Origin: Methanobacteriota archaeon
GTDB taxonomy: Archaea > Thermoplasmatota > Thermoplasmata > UBA10834
Reading direction: 5' to 3'
Assembly (NCBI GenBank): GCA_020347645.1
Contig: CP070736.1
Coordinates: 105,788 to 169,787, forward strand
DNA length: 64,000 nucleotides
Shown here: positions 56,310 to 64,000 of the stretch, one piece after another
Position numbering within the stretch: position 1 is the stretch's first letter
Layout of the letters: every line of letters begins with the position of its first letter
The notes under the pieces: model-generated
What the model was told of the DNA's origin: nothing
The model's input: only the letters and a program-made list of their open reading frames with translations
Databases searched by the model: none
Made by a program: the position numbers and the translations under genes

Positions 56310-59222
56310 ATGAACATTCCGATGTCAAGCTGGCTGAGTTCAATGGCTCTGGATTTCCCGCAGATAGAGGCGAAGTGGCAGGACGCATGGTACAGCGCGC
56401 GCGTCAACGAATCCGAGCCCGAGCAGGGCAAGCCGAAGTTCTTCATGATCTTCGCGTACCCCGGAGTAACGGGCTACCTCCACGTTGGACACATGCGAGG
56501 CTACACGGTCTCCGATGCTATCGTGCGATACAAGCTCATGACCGGCTACAACGTCCTGTTCCCAGTCGGAACACATGCCACAGGGAACGGTGCCATCAGC
56601 TTTGCCCGGAGGGTCGAGCGACGTGACCCTGCTACCGTCGACATACTCACCTCGAATGGATGTTCCGAAGAGACACTGTCGCGCCTCGAAGACCCGCTTG
56701 AGGTCGTTCGGTTCTTCAACGGCATATACCTGAACGATTATTGGAAGCGCTTCGGCTTCTTCTCTGATTGGCGCAGATTTACGAGCACAATCAACCCAGA
56801 CTACATGCGTTTCATCGAGTGGCAGATGCTCAAGCTGAGAGCCGAGGGACTGCTGATTCAGAAACCATACTATGCCGCCGCATGCGTCGAACACGGCCCT
56901 GTCGCAATCGACGCATCGGAAACCGACATATCGAAGGGTGGGAGCGCAGAGGTACTCGAGTATTCATTGCTGAAGTTCGAACTCGAGGATGGCCGGAAGC
57001 TCGCCGCCGCAACTCTGCGACCCGAGACAGTCTTTGGGCTGACCAACTTCTGGGTCAACCCAGAGGTTGAATATGTCGACGCCAGAGTCGGCGATGAGAC
57101 TTGGGTGGTTTCGCGGCAGGCCGCCGAGAAGCTCGCGCTGCAGATGGACGATGTCGAAGTGGTGGATTCCGCCGATGGTGGGTCCCTTATTGGGAAAAGC
57201 TGCAAGGCTCCCTACACCGAAAAGACGATTCGCATATTCCCGTCTGCACTGTGCGATCCCGACGTCGGCACAGGCCTGGTGATGAGCGTCCCGTCGGACG
57301 CGCCCGTCGATTGGGTTGGCCTGGTCGAACTCAGGGGAGATTCCTTGGTCAGGAAAGAGTACGGCATAACTGATGCAATGCTGAATGAAGCTGCCCCCGT
57401 AGCGATAATAGACACTCCAGGATACGGCCCGCTCCCAGCTGTCGAAGTCACGGAACGCATGGGGATAAGCTCGCTCGACGACCCGCGGCTGGATGAAGCG
57501 ACGAGAGAGGTATACAAGACCGGATTCCACAAGGGAGTGATGAACAGCTCCTCCGGCGATTTCGCCGGATGGCACGTCGAGCGGGCAAAGGACGCGGTAA
57601 GGGAGCAGATGATCGAGAGCGGAGCTGCTGCGATGTTCTATGATCTATCGGAGGAGGTCCTGTGTCGCTGCGGCAACAAGGTGCTTGTGAAGAAGATACC
57701 CGACCAATGGTTCATCGACTACGGAAACGCCGCACTGAAGGAGAGTTCAAAGGAGCATGCCCTCACGATGAAGATTCTCCCGAAGGAATATCATGACAAC
57801 ATTCAGAACGTCCTCGAATGGTATCGTGAGAGGGCTTGTGTTCGACTTGGCAATTGGCTGGGAACACCGTTCCCGCTGGACGACCGATGGATCGTTGAGG
57901 CCATTGCGGACAGCACGCTGTATCCGATATACTACGTGCTGGCAAAATACGCAAACGAGGGATTGATGCGACCGGAGGAAATGAACGAGCCGTTCTTCGA
58001 CTATGTCCTCCTTGGCAGGGGTGATGTTCAGACTGTTGCGTGCGCGACAGGCATCGACACGAAGGTGTTGAGCGCCGCAAGAGCAGAGTTCGAATACTGG
58101 TATCCTCTGGATATCAATCTCGGAGGCAAAGAGCATATGACCGTTCACTTCCCCGTCTTTCTGATGAACCACGTAGGCATACTTAGGCAAGAGCACTGGC
58201 CTATGGGCATCATAGTCAATTGGTACATCACGGCTACGGGCGGCAAGATATCCAAGTCCAAGGGCGGGGCGCAGCCCATCCCAGACGCGGCAGAACGATT
58301 CGGAGTAGACGCAATGCGACTCTTCTACGCTCACATTGCGTCGCTGTATGTCGACGTCGCATGGGAGGACGAGAAGGTCCAATCGTACAGGGACCGGATA
58401 GAGCGTATATGGAACTTCGTTGTGGACTCCATCGAGATGAACGACGGTCCCGCCTCGGACGTGGACGCCTGGCTCAGAGCGCGGGTTGAGAGTTGGATTG
58501 CAGAGGCACATGCGTACATGGAGCAGTACGACCTTCGATCGTATGCGAACAACGTGTACTTCGAGATCTCCCAAGACTTCAAGTGGTACCTGAGGAGAGG
58601 TGGTGCGTCGAAGGAAGTCGTCGGTGAGGCGCTCCGTACGTGGACCCAGCTAATGGCTCCGATTACCCCGCACTTGGCAGAGGAGATATGGGAGCGCCTC
58701 GGTATGCCCAGGTTCGTATCGAACTCGCAGTTGCGATCCGCCAGGAGAACCGAATCGACCGAGCTGGAGGAGGCAAAGGAGCGGCTTCTATCGAGCCTTA
58801 TCACGGACATATCCGAGATCCTCAGGGTCACTTCGATCAAGCCTTCGAAGGTGGTTCTGATGACCGCTCCCCGATGGAAGAACGACGTCCTCGACAACGC
58901 TCTGTCAGGTGGTGAAGAGGGAGCGGACGTGGGCAGGCTAGTCAAGGAAGCCATGCCTTCTTTGCCGCAGGATGCCCGCAAGGAATTGCCCGCGTTCGCG
59001 AAGGCCGTCGCATCAGAAGTAGGAAGGATGTCGCCTGATGAAAGGCGTAGGGCGTCTGCTCGGGTCGATGAGCTCACGGTACTGAGGGTGGCGAAGGAGT
59101 TCCTGGAAGACTACTTCAGATGCGAGGTTCTGGTGTTCTCCGCGGACGACACGGCGAAGCTGGACCCCGAGAACCGTGCGAGACAGGCGAGACCGGGAAG
59201 GCCCGCAATACATGTCGAATAA
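56310..59222 (+). CDS. leuS: Leucyl-tRNA synthetase (archaeal type)
   Basis: 970 aa. HIGH motif 'PGVTGYLHVGHMRGY', KMSKS 'KISKSKG', CP1 editing domain. Confidence 0.95.
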   Translation: MNIPMSSWLSSMALDFPQIEAKWQDAWYSARVNESEPEQGKPKFFMIFAYPGVTGYLHVGHMRGYTVSDAIVRYKLMTGYNVLFPVGTHATGNGAISFARRVERRDPATVDILTSNGCSEETLSRLEDPLEVVRFFNGIYLNDYWKRFGFFSDWRRFTSTINPDYMRFIEWQMLKLRAEGLLIQKPYYAAACVEHGPVAIDASETDISKGGSAEVLEYSLLKFELEDGRKLAAATLRPETVFGLTNFWVNPEVEYVDARVGDETWVVSRQAAEKLALQMDDVEVVDSADGGSLIGKSCKAPYTEKTIRIFPSALCDPDVGTGLVMSVPSDAPVDWVGLVELRGDSLVRKEYGITDAMLNEAAPVAIIDTPGYGPLPAVEVTERMGISSLDDPRLDEATREVYKTGFHKGVMNSSSGDFAGWHVERAKDAVREQMIESGAAAMFYDLSEEVLCRCGNKVLVKKIPDQWFIDYGNAALKESSKEHALTMKILPKEYHDNIQNVLEWYRERACVRLGNWLGTPFPLDDRWIVEAIADSTLYPIYYVLAKYANEGLMRPEEMNEPFFDYVLLGRGDVQTVACATGIDTKVLSAARAEFEYWYPLDINLGGKEHMTVHFPVFLMNHVGILRQEHWPMGIIVNWYITATGGKISKSKGGAQPIPDAAERFGVDAMRLFYAHIASLYVDVAWEDEKVQSYRDRIERIWNFVVDSIEMNDGPASDVDAWLRARVESWIAEAHAYMEQYDLRSYANNVYFEISQDFKWYLRRGGASKEVVGEALRTWTQLMAPITPHLAEEIWERLGMPRFVSNSQLRSARRTESTELEEAKERLLSSLITDISEILRVTSIKPSKVVLMTAPRWKNDVLDNALSGGEEGADVGRLVKEAMPSLPQDARKELPAFAKAVASEVGRMSPDERRRASARVDELTVLRVAKEFLEDYFRCEVLVFSADDTAKLDPENRARQARPGRPAIHVE

Positions 59223-59346
59223 CCGTCGAGTTGATCTCAGCAGGACAGGGGCCATGTATGCCTTTTGCGGGCATTTCTGAAGTGATAATGGAGAGGCAAA
59301 GGATTAAAACCAGGCTTTGGAGATATCTGACTCATCGGTTGGCGTT

Positions 59347-61188
59347 ATGAGGAAATCGGTGCCCGTGTTGGCTCTGACCATATTCGCAGCCTTTTTCTTT
59401 TCGTTTACAGGACAGGCGGTCTCGCAGAATGACCACGCCACCGAAGCCGATATTGTCGTCGAGACGCGTATGCAGATGACCAGCGTAGCCAGCCTCGACG
59501 GCTCGGGCAGCATCAAGGTCACCTTCAAGGGCGACACCGCTCGGGAGTGCAGGCAGCACATCCTATCGGAGTTCGACAGCAGCATGAATCAGGTGATCGA
59601 GGCCGATGAGGCGATAGACTTCCTTGTCGCGTTCGCCTCAGAGATCGACGGAAGTCTCTATTGGGGAGTCACCTTGTCGCTGACGACGGACTTCTTGAAC
59701 GTCAGCCTGACCGAAGTGGCCGACGTGACGGATGGACTCGTTTCACAGAGCTGGGACTCGACGGACGACCTCGTTTTGCGGATGGATTTCGATGGCAATG
59801 GTGAGGGCTTCTCCAAAGTCATATTCATTACGCAGACTACGATCAACACGGTCTGCGGCGCCTTGCGCGATTCTACAGGCTACTTGTTCGATGGAGTGAT
59901 GAGGGTGGAGCACCGAACAATATCGTTCGGATTCGGCAGCTTCGTCTCACCCGAGATCGCGAGCGGATCCATACAGGAGATCAGGACGCCAGCTGGCGTA
60001 GTCCTGTGGTATTCCTCCCAGTTCGAAGTGGAGAATTCAACGAGCGCGGAGAACGAATCGATCTCATACGAGCAATTCTCACCGATAGAGAACCATCAGG
60101 TCGCATTCGCTATCCTGCTGATATGCTCGTTTATAATCATGCGAATGCCTGGTCAGCGCTTCCAGAAGTTCAAGAAGCTGCATCCCAAACGCTACAGGAA
60201 GTATGCCCACCCGAAACAGTCGGTCAGAGCCATAGCCGTTTTATTGGTGGTGGCAACATGGACATTGTACGCCCTGCCCTTCCTCCTGTCGCCGGTGATC
60301 GAGGGGTTCCTTCTGTATTCCATATACTTCATACTCCTTGGCCCAGTGGCTGTGATGGTGCAGTACACTGCGTCAAGGGTTGTCTATGACCGCTCTGCCC
60401 TTGACATACCAGAGGACACGGTCATAGAGGTCAGGCAGGCTATGGCGCCTGAGGAGGAGTCCGAGGCAGCAGGGTTCTGCACCGTCTGCGAAAGGCCGAT
60501 CGATCTCGCCGACGAGCTCCATACTTGCGAGGCGTGTGGAGTAGAGATGCACATCGAGTGCGGGGAGCGGGCCCAGGCATGCCCTGCGTGCGGCGCGATT
60601 CTGTACCCTCAGGACACGCGCTCGATAGAATGCAGGAACTGCGGAGAGTCGTTCCTTCACGCAGGACAAGAGGATCCGTATTCCATTCAATGCACAAGAT
60701 GCGGTGCGTTCCAGGAGGAGGTCGAGGCTGGAAAGAACTACCTGATCGTGGATCGCGACCCGACGATGGCCTATCGTATGATGAGGGCGATGGGCATTTC
60801 GGGCAGGGCTGCGATGGCCATAACCGCTGAGTTTCCAGGCAAGATGAGAGAGGCGCACGAGCTTGGCGAGGAAGTCGACGTCCGCTGGTTTTCCGAGAGC
60901 ACGACCGACATAGACAACGTCAACCCCCACGATCTGGAAGGAGATGCAATGGAGACTGCCTCCACCTTCTTGATGACAACCAAGAGGGCGGGCCTCATGA
61001 TCGATGGCATGTCGTTGCTTTTGGAGTTGAACGGGTTCGACAAGGTCTTGGCGTATGTACGACGACTGAACGACCTCGCAGTCATTCATGGCTCGACCAT
61101 TCTGCTGCATACGGACAAGTCCGAGTTGGAAGAGGAGCAGTTCAAGAGGCTTTCTGACGAATTCGACGAGATACACGACTATCTGTGA
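59347..61188 (+). CDS. Receptor-like membrane protein: signal peptide, extracellular domain, 3 TM, cytoplasmic Zn-ribbons, C-terminal DUF835 domain
   Basis: Signal 'MRKSVPVLALTIFAAFFFSFTGQAVS'. TM 'VAFAILLICSFIIM' and others. 'CTVCERP...CEACG...CPACG...CRNCG...CTRCG'. C-terminus 'LMIDGMSLLLELNGFDKVLAYVRRLNDLAVIHGSTILL' is DUF835-like. Confidence 0.55.
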   Translation: MRKSVPVLALTIFAAFFFSFTGQAVSQNDHATEADIVVETRMQMTSVASLDGSGSIKVTFKGDTARECRQHILSEFDSSMNQVIEADEAIDFLVAFASEIDGSLYWGVTLSLTTDFLNVSLTEVADVTDGLVSQSWDSTDDLVLRMDFDGNGEGFSKVIFITQTTINTVCGALRDSTGYLFDGVMRVEHRTISFGFGSFVSPEIASGSIQEIRTPAGVVLWYSSQFEVENSTSAENESISYEQFSPIENHQVAFAILLICSFIIMRMPGQRFQKFKKLHPKRYRKYAHPKQSVRAIAVLLVVATWTLYALPFLLSPVIEGFLLYSIYFILLGPVAVMVQYTASRVVYDRSALDIPEDTVIEVRQAMAPEEESEAAGFCTVCERPIDLADELHTCEACGVEMHIECGERAQACPACGAILYPQDTRSIECRNCGESFLHAGQEDPYSIQCTRCGAFQEEVEAGKNYLIVDRDPTMAYRMMRAMGISGRAAMAITAEFPGKMREAHELGEEVDVRWFSESTTDIDNVNPHDLEGDAMETASTFLMTTKRAGLMIDGMSLLLELNGFDKVLAYVRRLNDLAVIHGSTILLHTDKSELEEEQFKRLSDEFDEIHDYL

Positions 61189-61751
61189 TTGTCACTGTAT
61201 CTCCCATCCCACTTCCTGGACAGATTATGGCCCAATCCCAGTTGGTCGAGGATTCTACCGACGACGAAATCGACCATGTCGTCCACGGTCTCGGGTCGGG
61301 GATAGAAAGCCGGGCAGGCGGGCATCACAACAGCGCCCGCTTCGGATAGTGTGAGCAGATTGCGGAGATGTATGGTCGATAGAGGGGTTTCTCGCGGGAC
61401 GATTACCAGCTTCCTGCGCTCCTTGAGCGCGACGGCGGCAATCCTGGTCACCAGGTTATCAGCTATTCCGCATGCTATCTTGGACATCGTGGACATGCTG
61501 CAAGGGGCTATCACCATCGCGTCGAAACGTGTCGAGCTAGAGCCGGATGCGAGGGGGGAGAAGAGGTCGTCATTCGTCCAGCTGTGCGTGGCTTTCGAGG
61601 CGATCTCTGATGCAGACAGGCCGGTTTCGCCGTCACACATGAGTGATGCCTCCGATGAGAGCACGACGGTCTTGTCGCACGTAAGACAGTCTATGAGGCG
61701 TACCCCGTATCGGATTCCCGATGCGCCCGTTATGCCGACGACGACGTGCAC
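61179..61751 (-). CDS. ubiX: Flavin prenyltransferase UbiX/Pad1 family
   Basis: 'VVGITGASG' flavoprotein motif, 'MVIAPCSMSTMSKIACGIADNL'. 190 aa. Confidence 0.85.
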   Translation of the reverse strand: MHVVVGITGASGIRYGVRLIDCLTCDKTVVLSSEASLMCDGETGLSASEIASKATHSWTNDDLFSPLASGSSSTRFDAMVIAPCSMSTMSKIACGIADNLVTRIAAVALKERRKLVIVPRETPLSTIHLRNLLTLSEAGAVVMPACPAFYPRPETVDDMVDFVVGRILDQLGLGHNLSRKWDGRYSDNHR

Positions 61752-61943
61752 GGCCCGTCAATGCGCGCCAGGGGATAAAAGGTATTTGAGATATGCAAAC
61801 GCAAGAGGAAGGGTTCAACGGGCGGTCCAGCCATCTTCTCTGACGGCGCATTTAAATATAAGTAGCAGCTTATCCGCGTTTTGTCGCTACTTTGGCGATT
61901 GTCCAGGATAGCCGACGTGTCATAAGTCCTTTGAGGTAGTTCG

Positions 61944-62399
61944 ATGGCGACAGCTTACGATGTACCCGCCGCAAAGATGGTGCCTAGATTAGCTGAGGAG
62001 CTCAGGAAGCTGGACACGATCAAGCCACCCGAATGGGCAATGTTCGCGAAGGCCGGCAGGCACAGGGAGAAGAGTCCAATTGACGATGGTTGGTGGTTCG
62101 TCAGAGCGGCCGCGGTCCTCAGGAAGGTCTACATAGCCGGTCCAATCGGGACGACGAGGATAGCTGCGGAGTTCGGTGGGAAGGCGGACAGAGGTTCGAA
62201 ACCGAACAAGGCTGTCCGCGGTTCCAGGTCGATAGCCAGGACTACCATCAAGCAGCTGGAGACCAGCCAGCTCGTGCAGAAAGACAAGAACGGCGGCAGA
62301 GTCGTTACCGGAAAGGGGCGAAAGCTCGTTGACGGCCTGGCTACGGAACTGCTGAAGGAAATGGCGACTCAGAATCCTGAGCTCACCAAGTATCTCTGA
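61944..62399 (+). CDS. rps19e: Ribosomal protein S19e
   Basis: 151 aa, 'VPAAKMVPRLAEELRKL...PEWAMFAKAGRHREKSP'. Confidence 0.85.
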   Translation: MATAYDVPAAKMVPRLAEELRKLDTIKPPEWAMFAKAGRHREKSPIDDGWWFVRAAAVLRKVYIAGPIGTTRIAAEFGGKADRGSKPNKAVRGSRSIARTTIKQLETSQLVQKDKNGGRVVTGKGRKLVDGLATELLKEMATQNPELTKYL

Positions 62400-62410
62400 G
62401 TGATGGGCGC

Positions 62411-62743
62411 ATGGCGAATGATGACGAGTTGGATTTGCTGCGACAAAGGAAGCTGCAAGAACTGCAGATGAAGGCCCAACAGGAGGCCGCCGCTCAGGAA
62501 CAGGCCAAACAGGTCGAGGCTCAGAGGGCCCTCGTGATGAGGCAGGTGCTCACGCCGGAGGCGAGGGAAAGACTGGCCAATCTCAGGATGACGCGTCCGG
62601 ATGCGGTGGAGCAGGTCGAGAACCAGCTTCTGATGCTGGTCCAATCGGGCAGGTTGTCGCAGCAGATAGACGACTATACGCTCAGGCAGATACTTCGAAA
62701 GGTGATGCCTTCCAAGAGGGAGATCAAGATCGAAAGGAGATGA
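62411..62743 (+). CDS. PDCD5/TFAR19-like dsDNA-binding protein (COG2118)
   Basis: 110 aa, '[15 protein letters not shown]' N-terminus, and conserved position next to rps19e/rpl39e. Confidence 0.65.
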   Translation: MANDDELDLLRQRKLQELQMKAQQEAAAQEQAKQVEAQRALVMRQVLTPEARERLANLRMTRPDAVEQVENQLLMLVQSGRLSQQIDDYTLRQILRKVMPSKREIKIERR

Positions 62744-62747
62744 TTGC

Positions 62748-62903
62748 TTGTCCAGACACAAACCGTACGCCAGGAAGATAAGGCTCTTGAAGGCCCTCAG
62801 AGGCAACAGACGCGTTCCAGCCTGGGTCATGATGAGGACGGATAGGAGATTCGTACGTCATCCCAAGAGGAGGCACTGGCGGCGGAACAAGCTGAAGGTA
62901 TGA
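62748..62903 (+). CDS. rpl39e: Ribosomal protein L39e (51 aa; TTG start)
   Basis: Translation '[50 protein letters not shown]' in frame from TTG 62748. Below the ORF-track length cutoff. Confidence 0.75.
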   Translation: MSRHKPYARKIRLLKALRGNRRVPAWVMMRTDRRFVRHPKRRHWRRNKLKV

Positions 62904-62912
62904 GGGGTAAGC

Positions 62913-63209
62913 ATGGTCGAAGAGCTTGAGAGGGTTTTCACGATCCCTCTGACTGTTACTAAACAGGTGCCGAGGACCAAACGCGCTCCAAGAGCAATCA
63001 AGGAGATCAAGGAGTACGTCAGGAGGCACATGGCTGAGAAGGATTCGTCGGGCATAGAGGACGAGACGCTCAAGAAGGATGTCTGGATAGACCATAGGTT
63101 GAACGAGCAGCTCTGGCGGAAAGGCATCGAGAATCCTCCGAGAAATATCCGAGTAAAGGTGATCCGGTTCGAGGATGGGCTCATAGAAGTCTCCCTCCCA
63201 GAGGAGTGA
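62913..63209 (+). CDS. rpl31e: Ribosomal protein L31e
   Basis: 98 aa. 'VFTIPL...KRAPRAIKEIKEYVRRHM' typical L31e. Confidence 0.85.
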   Translation: MVEELERVFTIPLTVTKQVPRTKRAPRAIKEIKEYVRRHMAEKDSSGIEDETLKKDVWIDHRLNEQLWRKGIENPPRNIRVKVIRFEDGLIEVSLPEE

Positions 63210-63229
63210 GCCAGGCGGAGTATGGCCCG

Positions 63230-63889
63230 ATGCTTAGACTGGGCGACCTCAACGGGAACCCCCACATAGGGGTGTACTGTGCTGCAAGTGAGGATATCGC
63301 GATAGTCGCAGAACCGGTTGAACGCAAGTTTCTAGAGGACCTCAGGGAGGTGTTGAGGGTGGAGATCGCTCTGACGACAGTAGCGGGGTCGAGTGTTGTC
63401 GGTTCGCTGGTCGCTTTGAACTCGAACGGAGCAGTCCTGTCCAACCTCGCCGAGGAGTCCGAGATAGACAAGATGCCGCCTTCGCTCAATATACGGTTCA
63501 TGCCAGACAGAATCAACGCCGCAGGAAACAACATCCTCGTCAATGATAGGGCGGCGTGCGTCCATCCAGCGGCGTCCAAAGGCACGGTTCGCATGCTCGA
63601 GGACGTCCTCGATGTAGAGGTGCAGAAGCGGTCCATCGCAGGCATTGATACCGTCGGCTCCGTGTGCATCGTCACATCAAAGGGTCTCCTGTGTCACCCT
63701 CAGACAGGTGAGGATGAGGTGAGAGCGCTGTCCGACCTGTTTGGTGTGCCGGCAACCGTCGCCACGCTGAATTATGGCACGCCCTACCTGGGAGCCTGCG
63801 CCGTCGCAAACAGCAAGGGTGCATATGTTGGCACACGTTCCACACCCATCGAACTCGGCAGGGTAGAGGACGGCCTTATGCTGTACTGA
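63230..63889 (+). CDS. eif6: Translation initiation factor 6 (aIF6)
   Basis: 'MLRLGDLNGNPHIGVYCAASEDIAIV' pentein repeat start. ~220 aa. Confidence 0.85.
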   Translation: MLRLGDLNGNPHIGVYCAASEDIAIVAEPVERKFLEDLREVLRVEIALTTVAGSSVVGSLVALNSNGAVLSNLAEESEIDKMPPSLNIRFMPDRINAAGNNILVNDRAACVHPAASKGTVRMLEDVLDVEVQKRSIAGIDTVGSVCIVTSKGLLCHPQTGEDEVRALSDLFGVPATVATLNYGTPYLGACAVANSKGAYVGTRSTPIELGRVEDGLMLY

Positions 63890-64000
63890 GTCCTCAGTCA
63901 CTCTGAGAATACCCAGATGTCTGTTCCTGAAGCGGCCAAGTCGTCTGAGGAGAACTCCACCTCATTACCGACCTTCACTATCCTGTTGCTGTCGACCTTT

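Noticed and set aside
1-64000. CRISPR arrays, rRNA genes, IS elements with terminal inverted repeats.
   Set aside because: No regularly spaced direct repeats, no rRNA-like conserved stretches and no transposase ORFs were seen on reading the window.
63927-64000. Possible 5' end of a plus-strand gene after eif6 (MSVPEAAKSSEENSTSLPTFTILLLSTF...).
   Set aside because: Too short and not recognisable. Truncated by the window end.

Overview
This is a GC-rich (~58%) archaeal chromosomal segment, most likely euryarchaeal. The gene content (thermosome, FBP aldolase/phosphatase, archaeal DnaG, aCPSF1, Taw1, eIF6/L39e/L31e/S19e cluster, DUF835, two class-II tRNAs) is mostly housekeeping. Called genes include topoisomerase I, purA, trm1, two four-subunit 2-oxoacid:ferredoxin oxidoreductase operons (DABG and GDAB order), nadA, rubrerythrin, aspS, leuS, the two separated ADP-forming acetyl-CoA synthetase subunits, fbp-tpiA, apgM, RFC large subunit, proteasome beta, and an Nre plus radical-SAM DNA-repair pair. 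There are two tRNAs: tRNA-Ser(CGA) and tRNA-Leu(UAG). Several regions are not housekeeping and are worth a second look: (1) a canonical C/D-box sRNA between lysE-like and rubrerythrin; (2) a LonB-like AAA+ ATPase that lacks the S16 protease domain and carries a Zn-ribbon insertion; (3) a secreted, C-terminally anchored two-HKD PLD-superfamily protein with an N-terminal LTD-like domain; (4) an RHH regulator, a C-terminally truncated FtsZ/tubulin-like GTPase and an NAD-kinase-like gene, co-directional and closely spaced; (5) a ~1 kb AT-rich non-coding island followed by a tyrosine recombinase that lacks an N-terminal core-binding domain; (6) a type IV pilus/Tad-like locus (Cys-rich protein, FlaI-like ATPase, FlaJ-like membrane protein, two pilin-like genes) next to a CheY-like plus DUF835 pair, with a second receptor-like DUF835 protein elsewhere. 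No CRISPR array or rRNA was seen. Many antisense ORFs in the six-frame track are GC-driven artifacts and were not called.
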